Shown here in pieces: positions 1-7,866 of a stretch of 21,062 bases of DNA. How positions within the stretch are numbered: the first letter of the stretch is position 1; every line of letters starts with the position of its first letter. The position numbers and the translations under genes are program-made. Under the pieces are notes generated by a model. The model ran no database searches. It was not told the DNA's origin and saw only the letters and a program-made list of their open reading frames with translations. The stretch is from a virus, in UHGV virus genome UHGV-1684449; one strand, written 5' to 3'.

Positions 1-144
1 ATTTAACATATTTTTGAGCACTTTTCTTTCACCCAATGGGTGAAAGCTGAATTTCGAAGGAATGCATATTTATCAAGGCTTTGATTATGCTTTTTGAAGT
101 ACTGACGTAGAATCTAGGAGTGAAATAACTCCCCTTAAAAGTTC

Positions 145-170
145 AGGCGTCCAGTTGGACGCCTTTTTTT
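145..170 (+). terminator. Rho-independent terminator-like hairpin
   Basis: Inverted repeat AGGCGTCC / GGACGCCT (145-152 / 157-164) with a 4-nt loop, followed by TTTTTT (165-170). Confidence 0.6.
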
Positions 171-220
171 ATCGCAATTATCTTATTAAGAAAACAATTT
201 GTTTAAAAGGATAAGAAAAC

Positions 221-646
221 ATGACAGCTATTAAGAAACTCTACGATGCCGCAAACGTGGCTCTGGATGTTATTGATGATGAAGTAGCAAAAGGCTTTCC
301 TGAACCTGATTGGGCGCATCAGCTACGAAACGCTATCGCAGAAATGACCCCATCAGATCCAACCCCCGACGAGACAGACTGGCAGCGATTCATCCGTATG
401 TACGCTCAGGAAATAGGTCCAACGCCAACGGCAGAGCAGGCAATGCTGCTGAAATACTTCAAAGAGGCGGGAGAGGATTTACCAATTGATGACTCAGCAT
501 ATTGGTTCCACTGCGCATGGCGTAAGTATGACGTGATATTCACACAAGGCATGGGAAGCAAAGATATGGTTGTGTGGCATCTACTCCATATAGACACAGC
601 CGTTGACAGAGTTATTGAACAGTTTTTCCCTAACCAAGAAGATTGA
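221..646 (+). CDS. Hypothetical protein (140 aa)
   Basis: ATG-initiated ORF from the six-frame track; preceded by the leader AAAAGGATAAGAAAACATG. No recognisable motifs. Confidence 0.55.
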   Translation: MTAIKKLYDAANVALDVIDDEVAKGFPEPDWAHQLRNAIAEMTPSDPTPDETDWQRFIRMYAQEIGPTPTAEQAMLLKYFKEAGEDLPIDDSAYWFHCAWRKYDVIFTQGMGSKDMVVWHLLHIDTAVDRVIEQFFPNQED

Positions 647-701
647 TCGCCTATTCATAACTAACAAAATAAGTAAACACTAACCACAAAAGGAAAAACA
701 C

Positions 702-977
702 ATGAGAGTTTTAGTTCGAATCGTTACCAGCACTGTCTATGACGTGTTTCCGCTTTTTATGGTCAAAGTCGATGGCCTTAACGATGAAGAAACTGACGCG
801 CTGATCCAGCGTACTCTTGTTGAATATACAGGTCATGACGCTGATTCAGTGATGGTTGATGATGATGGTGTTTGTTGGCATAACGGCAACTGTTGGTACG
901 TAGAAGAGACTCAACAAATCAGTAATGAAGATGCTGAACATCTTGAGCGTATTTTAAGCATCAGCACTTTTGAGTGA
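702..977 (+). CDS. Hypothetical protein (91 aa)
   Basis: ORF preceded by the conserved leader AAAAGGAAAAACACATG (688-704), with an AAGGA ribosome-binding site. No recognisable motifs. Confidence 0.55.
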   Translation: MRVLVRIVTSTVYDVFPLFMVKVDGLNDEETDALIQRTLVEYTGHDADSVMVDDDGVCWHNGNCWYVEETQQISNEDAEHLERILSISTFE

Positions 978-995
978 GTTTACAGTAAAGTTTAT

Positions 996-1015
996 ATAAG
1001 TTAGTATCTACCTAT
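996..1015. promoter_or_regulatory. Copy of the recurring 8-4-8 palindromic motif (ATAAGTTA-GTAT-CTACCTAT)
   Basis: Matches the ATAGGTAA-N4-TTACCTAT pattern seen at four other intergenic sites. Lies directly upstream of the small hydrophobic ORF. Confidence 0.35.
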
Positions 1016-1016
1016 C

Positions 1017-1196
1017 ATGAAGATTTTTATTGAATACTTGTTACTCATCGTTTCAATAGCTTTTGTCATCGACTGCATTTTCACTGGTGTCATTCGTAAA
1101 GTCTTTTCCCCGGTGCACGACGTAGTCATAAACGCTTTGGCTATCGTGCTCGTATTTAATTCAGCATTTGATGTAATCAAAGAGGTGGCAGCATGA
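1017..1196 (+). CDS. Small hydrophobic protein (59 aa), probably membrane-embedded
   Basis: Hand-translated ORF absent from the track (below its size cut-off): MKIFIEYLLLIVSIAFVIDCIFTGVIRKVFSPVHDVVINALAIVLVFNSAFDVIKEVAA. It has two hydrophobic segments. Its TGA stop overlaps the ATG of the next gene (ATGA at 1193-1196). No clear Shine-Dalgarno sequence upstream. Confidence 0.35.
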   Translation: MKIFIEYLLLIVSIAFVIDCIFTGVIRKVFSPVHDVVINALAIVLVFNSAFDVIKEVAA

Positions 1197-1528
1197 AGGC
1201 CATCCCATTCGCGCTGTTGTTCCTTTCTTCGATCGTTGTGGCCGACACCACTGTTTATCAGTGTGAAATGTCTGTAGCCGACGTTAAGAATGGCGCTCTT
1301 ACCGACGTCATAAAAGCACCATATGGAGCGATGGTCGTAGACAGCGGCGACCAGTTCTATGTTGTGCGTGACGATCGAGTATTGTCATCCCCATATCTCA
1401 CAAACCGTAATGGCAAATTAACCGGCGTCGGAGAAGACCACTTCGTATACAACAAATACAAGGGCTTCTATGGCGTTCACGCTTCTCAGCAAAGCTACCT
1501 TTTCGATGACTGCAAGGAGGTTGGATAA
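1193..1528 (+). CDS. Secreted or periplasmic small protein with N-terminal signal peptide (111 aa)
   Basis: N-terminus MKAIPFALLFLSSIVVA-DTT looks like a Sec signal peptide with an AxA-like cleavage site. Two cysteines in the mature part. GAGGTGG ribosome-binding site upstream. Confidence 0.6.
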   Translation: MKAIPFALLFLSSIVVADTTVYQCEMSVADVKNGALTDVIKAPYGAMVVDSGDQFYVVRDDRVLSSPYLTNRNGKLTGVGEDHFVYNKYKGFYGVHASQQSYLFDDCKEVG

Positions 1529-1740
1529 TGGCATTAACACTGGCAGGTCTGGAAATCGAGAAAACAAGCGGATACTGGCGTGCTAAGGGTTTCAAGCAGC
1601 CTGGCATTCTTGAGCGTCTGGAACGTGAAGATGGGTATATCGTCCACCAGCGGCGTGAATGGCGTATGTACGATCCAGAAACAGGAAAACTGACTACAAA
1701 AGCCGGAACACTTTGGGGTCTGTTGAAGAAAATACACTAA
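1528..1740 (+). CDS. Hypothetical protein (70 aa)
   Basis: ATG overlaps the upstream stop (TAATG). Strong AAGGAGG ribosome-binding site at 1514-1520. Confidence 0.5.
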   Translation: MALTLAGLEIEKTSGYWRAKGFKQPGILERLEREDGYIVHQRREWRMYDPETGKLTTKAGTLWGLLKKIH

Positions 1741-1787
1741 ATGCAAACTGACTGCGGCTCGTTCCGCAGTCATATTTCATAGTCGTC

Positions 1788-2320
1788 ACCGCTGACAGCA
1801 TACACAATCAATTACCGCTGATAGCATATCGAGAGTTTATCTCACCGCTCACAGCATACTTTACTCGATTTTTTACCGCTGACAGCATACTTAAGACATT
1901 GCATGAATAATGTGTACCGGTATGGGTATAACCAGAACAAAATTACCGCTGGCAGCATACGAAGGTCTGACATATACCATTAATTACCGCTGATAGCATA
2001 TCCAAACAAAAATTCCTCAATAAAACACCGCTGACAGCATACGTTCTATCAGGGAGTAGCAGGCAATAAATGCCTTTCACTACAAGCAATCAGCGCAATA
2101 GCAATAGAATGTTAGTGAGCGCAAACCTATATGGAATGCACTCTTCGAGGTTAGTAACCACTGGGGAGGTATGACAGAGCATTGAGTGGTGATAGATGAT
2201 TTACCGCTCACAGCATACGTTCATCTCACTATACCGCTGGTAGCATATCTTTAACCGTTCACAGCATACTTTTCAGAAAAATAGCCGCTGATAGCATACA
2301 TTTCACCGCTGACAGCATAT
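1788..2320 (+). repeat. Iteron array, 12 copies of a 16-bp direct repeat (consensus ACCGCTGACAGCATAC), incA-like
   Basis: Copies at 1788-1803, 1814-1829, 1844-1859, 1875-1890, 1945-1960, 1986-2001, 2027-2042, 2203-2218, 2233-2248, 2254-2269, 2284-2299 and 2305-2320, all in the same orientation. Variants include ACCGCTGATAGCATAT and ACCGCTCACAGCATAC. Start-to-start spacings are mostly 21, 30-31 or 41 bp. The last copy abuts the stop codon of the initiator gene. Confidence 0.85.
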
Positions 2321-3414
2321 CAAAGCAGTTTGAGACTATTGGAAAGGATCTCAATCATCTTGATATTTTCAGGCGTCAAATTCTGCGAAAGTTCGGTTAT
2401 CTTGTTGATAATGTTCTGTTTGGCATCAATTTCCCCAGCTTTCTCATCTGGTTTTTTGGGTTCGATGTCTTCAGGTTTTGGCGGTGCGACTTTGAGTTTT
2501 GGATTGCGGCTGTGAATCTGGATATAGATCGACCGCCCACGCTTAATCTCGCTGTATTCGAGATAGCCCAAATCTTGGAGAGCTTTTAAGCCGTTACGTA
2601 TAGTCTGATTCTGCGAGCTGACATTCCTGCTACTCAAATTGAGTCGCGCACGCAATCGAGCAAGCGATACCGGCGCAGGCTTGGTTGGAAGACTTTCGAT
2701 GAAGGTGTACAGAGCCTGTGCTGTTTCTTTGCGTGGTAGCTTATTGATAACCTTTAACTGCAAAAGAACCTTATGGTCAAAGCGATATAGTTCGGCCAGC
2801 TTCGGTTCTGCATAGAACACCACCGTATCTTTCTGCTCGTTGTAGTCCACGCTATTGATGAGGTGCACCATCAGAAGCGAGATCTTGTTAGAGCCGTCGA
2901 CGTTCTTTTCTTCATACGTTCTCTGGAAAGACAGAGTTGTACGCATGATCTTCAAAAGACTGTTTGTAAGCCGGTCGCGGAGTGTTTTGCGGATCTGTGA
3001 CGATGGATAGCCACAAAACTTCGCAAATTTCGTGATGCTTAACTCGACACGACCGTTAGGTTCGCCGTATTCTGCCAGCGAACGCACAACGCCCACCCAC
3101 GTTTTGAAATCATGATCCATGTCGAGACGAGGACCGGTTATCTTGATATCGGAATAGCCTTCAGAACGGGCTACTTCGAGCTGGACAAGCTCCTTTGAAG
3201 CATCGATCTCATTTGGCTTGTTACGTTTACTGTATTTTGTTCCCTTAAGCGTGGGGACGAACAACCCCAGTCGCATCAACGCAATTGGTTGGACTGTATT
3301 GTTGCTATTAGGGACAAGTTCCCCTGTGTACAATTCAAGGGAACCTTCTTCAAAGTTGTCGATGTTATCTTCTACTTCTTTGTTATTTTTACCTTTTTTA
3401 TTTTTTGTGGACAT
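2320..3414 (-). CDS. repA: Plasmid-type replication initiator, RepA-like (P1 RepA / Rep_3-like), 364 aa
   Basis: Minus-strand ORF flanked on both sides by iterons. Segments NSNNTVQPIALMRLGLFVP, DIKITGPRLDMDHDFKTW, ALYTFIESLP and IHSRNPKLK match my recollection of P1 RepA-family initiators. Start chosen at the internal ATG (3412-3414, MSTKNKKG...) because the track's longer 404-aa ORF runs through the upstream iterons. Confidence 0.75.
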   Translation of the reverse strand: MSTKNKKGKNNKEVEDNIDNFEEGSLELYTGELVPNSNNTVQPIALMRLGLFVPTLKGTKYSKRNKPNEIDASKELVQLEVARSEGYSDIKITGPRLDMDHDFKTWVGVVRSLAEYGEPNGRVELSITKFAKFCGYPSSQIRKTLRDRLTNSLLKIMRTTLSFQRTYEEKNVDGSNKISLLMVHLINSVDYNEQKDTVVFYAEPKLAELYRFDHKVLLQLKVINKLPRKETAQALYTFIESLPTKPAPVSLARLRARLNLSSRNVSSQNQTIRNGLKALQDLGYLEYSEIKRGRSIYIQIHSRNPKLKVAPPKPEDIEPKKPDEKAGEIDAKQNIINKITELSQNLTPENIKMIEILSNSLKLL

Positions 3415-3434
3415 GTGGACACCTTTGTCATTCA

Positions 3435-3536
3435 ACCGCTGACAGCATACTTGATTTGCCGCTGACAGAATACCAAAAACAGTTGGCAGCATACGGTGAA
3501 CCGCTGACAGACTATCAATTACCGCTGACAGCATAC
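3435..3536 (+). repeat. Upstream iteron array, 5 copies of the same 16-bp repeat, origin/incC-like
   Basis: Copies at 3435-3450 (ACCGCTGACAGCATAC), 3458-3473 (GCCGCTGACAGAATAC), 3479-3494 (ACAGTTGGCAGCATAC), 3500-3515 (ACCGCTGACAGACTAT) and 3521-3536. Spacing is 23, 21, 21, 21 bp, about two helical turns. They sit directly upstream of the initiator start codon. Confidence 0.8.
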
Positions 3537-3576
3537 ATGAACATGACTTCAGACCAGTCGTGGCGCGGCTTACAGC

Positions 3577-3649
3577 GATCGGGGATCTTATTTGATCTAT
3601 ATAAGGATCTATCTATGGATCTCTTTATTAGGATCTATCCTGTGGATAT
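3577..3649. promoter_or_regulatory. Origin-like region: GATC cluster in AT-rich DNA plus a DnaA-box-like site
   Basis: Six GATC sites at 3577, 3584, 3594, 3606, 3618 and 3632 within about 60 bp, inside repeated GGATCTAT units. GATCTCTTTATTAG resembles the E. coli oriC 13-mer GATCTCTTATTAG. TGTGGATAT at 3641-3649 matches the DnaA box consensus TGTGGATAA at 8 of 9 positions. Confidence 0.6.
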
Positions 3650-3735
3650 GTGAATAATTAAAACAGGCATTTACTACCTTCGGCGCACCTGGTGGGTTAT
3701 CGTTGCCTCGGCTAACAATCACAGAAAAATGACAT

Positions 3736-4380
3736 ATGGATCTAAAACGCACGCGCTGGGTTCGTCGTCTTGAAGACGGCTCCTACACTATCGAATCAAA
3801 TTCCAACCTGAATAAGCAGAAGTTGCTTTGTGACATCTGCGGTATAGCGGCGAAGTGCCCGATCTACGAAACCAGAATTAAACTTGATAAGGCTGGTGTG
3901 AATTTTCATTTAAACAGTTGCATCAGGTACGTTCCATTACTCGCATTTCGTAAACCGATCATCGGATTGGATGCTCCCTACTTCAACACACTCCGTTCAG
4001 GTGTGACGTGGCGAGATCGTTTATCACCAGACAAGCTGATTTGCCTCGTATCCGCAGACACAGGGAAAATCATCCGTTTTGGGAAAGTAGACAAGGTTTA
4101 CTCAGGCCCAGTAGACGAAATGTTGCGGAAACACAGCCGGTTTAATCATCTCTGTATGGGTGGTGAGAAAATCGAGAAGGTAGAAGAAGTGATCCGCAAA
4201 TCCTACGGACACTTCCTGAACAAAGATAGCCTGCTCACCGCAATCTACATCAGACATGTAAAACGTGAGTTCGACCTCGAATACCACAGTGAAGAAGAGC
4301 TTAACCTTGTTGACCCACGTCCAAAAGCTGGCGTCATAAGCATAAACGCAGCGCGTAAAAAGCCCACTGACGCGCTGTAA
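3736..4380 (+). CDS. Hypothetical protein (214 aa)
   Basis: ORF transcribed away from the initiator gene. Contains a CDICG (CxxC) motif. No family recognised, and the ribosome-binding site is weak. Confidence 0.5.
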   Translation: MDLKRTRWVRRLEDGSYTIESNSNLNKQKLLCDICGIAAKCPIYETRIKLDKAGVNFHLNSCIRYVPLLAFRKPIIGLDAPYFNTLRSGVTWRDRLSPDKLICLVSADTGKIIRFGKVDKVYSGPVDEMLRKHSRFNHLCMGGEKIEKVEEVIRKSYGHFLNKDSLLTAIYIRHVKREFDLEYHSEEELNLVDPRPKAGVISINAARKKPTDAL

Positions 4381-4398
4381 CCCTCCAGATCGCATATT

Positions 4399-4419
4399 GG
4401 CGTAGATAGAATCTACGCC
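4399..4419. other. Perfect 9-bp inverted repeat hairpin (GGCGTAGAT-AGA-ATCTACGCC)
   Basis: Read directly from the sequence. No downstream T-tract, so it may be a protein-binding site or RNA structure rather than an intrinsic terminator. Confidence 0.4.
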
Positions 4420-4502
4420 CCCTCAAAATAGCTCTCATAGCGTTCTACAGTGATCCTGTCTTATTTTTAGTCATACAGACAAGCAAAGTTGCGCCACAAC
4501 AA

Positions 4503-4522
4503 ATAGGTATATACTTACTTAT
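4503..4522. promoter_or_regulatory. Copy of the recurring 8-4-8 palindromic motif (ATAGGTAT-ATAC-TTACTTAT)
   Basis: Intergenic, about 110 bp upstream of the sbcD-like gene. Confidence 0.4.
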
Positions 4523-4634
4523 AAATTTTGTATATTAAGGCGCTCGTTTCATTCCTAACATACCGTTATGCATAGTTGTTTACCTTCTCATTGCTCTTAG
4601 AATTTGTATCAAAATAATCACAAAGGAAAAACAC

Positions 4635-5720
4635 ATGACTTTGCCATACGGCGTCATTTCTGACTGCCACTACCACAAATGGGATGCGTTCTCCACGACG
4701 AACGCTGAGGGGCTTAACTCCAGACTTGAAATACAGTTGGAAGCAACGAAAGAAGCAGCCATCGCCATGAAGAAGGCCGGTTGTACGTACATGTTGGTTG
4801 CCGGTGATACATTTCACGTCCGAGGAACTGTGTCCCCTTCTGTTTTGCATTACGTAACTGAAACGTACAAGTGGATTATCAACGAGCTTGATCTGACAGT
4901 AGTAATGCTGGCCGGTAATCACGATCTTGAAACCAACGATTCAGTATATAGCGCCAACGCAGCAGCATCGCTGAGTTCTATCGGCGTGGTAATCGTATGT
5001 GGCAAACGCCCACACTCAATAAAAATTGGTGATGTGACTGTCCACCTGATTAGCTGGCGTAACAATCATGCAGAGCTTATCTGCGATCTGAAAGCATTAC
5101 GTAAGAGCGTAGAAGGTGATAATCATGACGTTGTTATCCATACATCCATTAACAAAGCCATTCCAACAATGCCTGACGTCGGTATCGATGCGCAGGAGTT
5201 AAAGGATATCGGCTTTCGTCTCGTGCTTAGTGGGCATTACCACAACCACAAAGAGGTCATTCCTGGAGTTATCAGTGTCGGTGCGCTGACCCATCAAAAT
5301 TGGGGAGATGTTGGATCTCTGGCTGGTTACATGATCGTAAACCCGGACGGCAGTTTCAGTCACTACGAAACCAGTGCGCCTAAATTCATTAACCTGGAAG
5401 ATTATGTTGCCGATGACCAAATTCGCGGCAACTACGTGCGTTTCCGCGCCGTAATTGAGAACGATGAAGAAGGCATTAAGTACCAGAACATCCTCAAAAC
5501 AATGGGTGCAAAAGGTGTCGTGTGCAACTTCATCCGTAAGTCATCAATGATGGAAGGGACAGCAAGCACAACGGAAACCAGCAAAATCGATAGCCTGGGA
5601 GAGTCGGTATCTGCTTATTGCAAGATTGTCCACGATACTGACGGCGGATTTGATCTAAGCAAGTTGGATATTTTGTGTCAGGAAATCCTCACCGAAGCGG
5701 AGAGTTCGGAGGCTGTGTGA
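4635..5720 (+). CDS. sbcD: SbcD/Mre11-like metallophosphoesterase nuclease subunit
   Basis: Calcineurin-like phosphoesterase motifs: SDCHYH near the N-terminus, GDTFH, GNHD and GHYH. It sits immediately upstream of an SbcC/Rad50-like ATPase gene. Preceded by the leader AAAGGAAAAACACATG. Confidence 0.8.
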   Translation: MTLPYGVISDCHYHKWDAFSTTNAEGLNSRLEIQLEATKEAAIAMKKAGCTYMLVAGDTFHVRGTVSPSVLHYVTETYKWIINELDLTVVMLAGNHDLETNDSVYSANAAASLSSIGVVIVCGKRPHSIKIGDVTVHLISWRNNHAELICDLKALRKSVEGDNHDVVIHTSINKAIPTMPDVGIDAQELKDIGFRLVLSGHYHNHKEVIPGVISVGALTHQNWGDVGSLAGYMIVNPDGSFSHYETSAPKFINLEDYVADDQIRGNYVRFRAVIENDEEGIKYQNILKTMGAKGVVCNFIRKSSMMEGTASTTETSKIDSLGESVSAYCKIVHDTDGGFDLSKLDILCQEILTEAESSEAV

Positions 5721-5761
5721 GGCAAAGTCGTTATGGGAGCTTTCGAGACTTTGCCATCACG

Positions 5762-5953
5762 ATGAAAAGACTTGAACGAGGCCAGACGGTGATGTTTCAC
5801 AAGCCCTACCCGCCACAAGGAAATCCCGTAGCGTTTTATCTTGGAAGGTTAACCAGAAAAGGCGTATTGAGGCGCAGATCCTTCCCGGCGCATACGGAGT
5901 TCAGATTGAAAGAAGGTCAAAAGCTAACACACGGTATCAAAGGTGTTATATGA
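5762..5953 (+). CDS. Small basic hypothetical protein (63 aa), candidate
   Basis: Fills the 230-bp gap between the nuclease and ATPase genes. The track ORF 5675..5953 begins inside the upstream gene, so it is trimmed here to the first ATG after the sbcD-like stop (5762). No obvious Shine-Dalgarno sequence. Confidence 0.25.
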   Translation: MKRLERGQTVMFHKPYPPQGNPVAFYLGRLTRKGVLRRRSFPAHTEFRLKEGQKLTHGIKGVI

Positions 5954-7866
5954 AGTTTTTAAAGCTCCAGGTTGAGAATTTTATGGCTATCGCCAGCGCG
6001 GAGGTCGAGTTAGATCAGCGTGGTTTAGTGCTCATTCAGGGTGTTAATAGTGATGATAGTTCCGCATCAAGTAATGGCTCTGGAAAGTCAACGCTAATGA
6101 ATAGCCTGATGTGGTGTCTTTATGGCGAAACAGCTCATGGTGTGAAGGGTGACGATGTGTTGTCTACCGACCATGAAAAGAACTGTCGTGTTGCAGTAAC
6201 CATCGAGGATGAAGGCAAGAGATATGCGATCATTCGTCACCGTAAACACAAAGAGTTCAAAAATCGGCTTATCGTTCGTGGTGAAGACGGCGATATGACG
6301 AAAGGCAAAGATGCGCTGACGCAAGAGTTCGTCGAGCGTCTGATCGGTGCATCTAAAGAGGTTTTCATGGCTTCCATCTATGCGAGCCAAGAAGCTATGC
6401 CAGATTTACCTGGAATGTCCGACAAAAACCTCAAAACCATCGTAGAAGAAGCCGCTGGCGTTGACAGACTGACACGCGCCTACGCTATTGCTCGTGAGCG
6501 AGCTAATGCAGCTGCCGCACGTATGGATGTGGTTAAAACCAAATTGGAGTCGACAATCTCGACCATTGAGGCAACACAGTCAGAAATTGAGTCAGCGAAA
6601 GCCTCCTCTGAATCATGGGAGCAAGAGCGTTCTAAACGTTATGACGATGCCCTGGCTGGGCTGGCCAGTGCCGAAGTTGAGTTAACGGAAGTTGAACTTG
6701 AGATCCGCACTCTTCCCGAACAGATACGTGATACCGAGAAGGCAATCGAAAGTGAGCGCAAAAAGTTAGCCTCAAAAGAAGAACATGACGCCAAGTTGCT
6801 CAAAGTTCGTGGTGCGATAACTGATATTCGGGCAAGCATCAAAGCTACAGAAAATAGTCAGGCTGATGCAATGAACCGCGCGCGTAATTTTAAGACCAAA
6901 GCAGAAGAGGTTGGTACTAAAGTGGGATCACCATGCCCTACTTGTGGCAAAGCCTACTGCGAAGAAGATCTATCAACGGTGAAGGAGAATTTCATTGAAC
7001 AAGCACGTCAGGAAATTGGTCAGGCGAAGACACTTGCAGAGGCAATGGCTAAACACAAAACGAATCTTGAGAAAGCGTTAAGCATTGAGTCTGCCCTTGT
7101 TAAAACGACACCTGATGTAACGGCTATCATTGCCCGGATTGAAGAGCTTACGAAACAACTCTCATCTTTGCGTCATCGTGAGAAGGAGGTTGTTGCTATT
7201 GAGTCTCTTGTGACTCGTGCTCGTACTGAGGTCGATCGTATATCAAAAGAGATTAATCCGTTTATTGCTCTTATCGCCAGACACGAAGATAACCTGGTAT
7301 CCAGTAAGTCTACCTTCAAGTCCTTAAAAGATGAGTTGAAGGCTATTCAGGAACAAACGTTGCTATTGGAAAAAGCTCGTCAGGTCTACTCTCCTGCCGG
7401 GGTGCGTTCTCATATTTTGACGTCTGTTACGCCTTTCCTGAATACACGCACTGCCGAGTATCTCAATACGTTGTCTGACGGGAATATTACTGCTGAGTGG
7501 TCGACGATGGATGTCACTAAAAAAGGTGAGTATCGCGACAAATTCAACATTAGTGTGCAGAAGAAAGGTTCAAGTAAGTCGTTCCAGACCCTCTCTGGTG
7601 GTGAGAAGCGGAAAGTTCGCATTGCGTGTTCTTTGGCATTGCAGGATCTGGTTAGTAACCGGGCGAGTAAAAACATCGATTTGTTTATCGGCGACGAAAT
7701 TGACGATGCACTCGATACAGCCGGTCTTGAACGCCTCATGGGTATTCTGGAGTCCAAAGCTCGCGAGCGAGGTACTGTGCTGATTATCTCCCATAAAGAG
7801 ATGAAGTCATGGTTCCGGGAAACTATTACGCTGGAAGTTAAAGAGGGGCGCAGCTATGTCGTTTAA
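5950..7866 (+). CDS. sbcC: SbcC/Rad50-like SMC-family ATPase
   Basis: N-terminal Walker A (SNGSGKST), long central coiled-coil-like region with a CPTCG zinc-hook motif, C-terminal ABC signature LSGGEKRK and Walker B LFIGDEIDDALD. Confidence 0.8.
   Translation: MKFLKLQVENFMAIASAEVELDQRGLVLIQGVNSDDSSASSNGSGKSTLMNSLMWCLYGETAHGVKGDDVLSTDHEKNCRVAVTIEDEGKRYAIIRHRKHKEFKNRLIVRGEDGDMTKGKDALTQEFVERLIGASKEVFMASIYASQEAMPDLPGMSDKNLKTIVEEAAGVDRLTRAYAIARERANAAAARMDVVKTKLESTISTIEATQSEIESAKASSESWEQERSKRYDDALAGLASAEVELTEVELEIRTLPEQIRDTEKAIESERKKLASKEEHDAKLLKVRGAITDIRASIKATENSQADAMNRARNFKTKAEEVGTKVGSPCPTCGKAYCEEDLSTVKENFIEQARQEIGQAKTLAEAMAKHKTNLEKALSIESALVKTTPDVTAIIARIEELTKQLSSLRHREKEVVAIESLVTRARTEVDRISKEINPFIALIARHEDNLVSSKSTFKSLKDELKAIQEQTLLLEKARQVYSPAGVRSHILTSVTPFLNTRTAEYLNTLSDGNITAEWSTMDVTKKGEYRDKFNISVQKKGSSKSFQTLSGGEKRKVRIACSLALQDLVSNRASKNIDLFIGDEIDDALDTAGLERLMGILESKARERGTVLIISHKEMKSWFRETITLEVKEGRSYVV

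Noticed and set aside
1788-2320. Possible CRISPR array, given many evenly sized direct repeats
   Set aside because: Repeats are 16 bp with 5-25 bp irregular spacers and there are no cas genes. CRISPR repeats are typically 28-37 bp with similar-length unique spacers. The location flanking a Rep-like gene fits iterons.
3415-3534. Longer 404-aa version of the initiator ORF starting at 3534
   Set aside because: The extra 40 codons run straight through the five upstream iterons and have no ribosome-binding site. The internal ATG at 3412-3414 is the more plausible start.
3405-3653. Plus-strand 82-aa ORF (and 3218..3442) over the iterons and GATC cluster
   Set aside because: Overlaps the repeat array and origin-like region and encodes repeat-derived low-complexity sequence. 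Likely a non-coding artefact.
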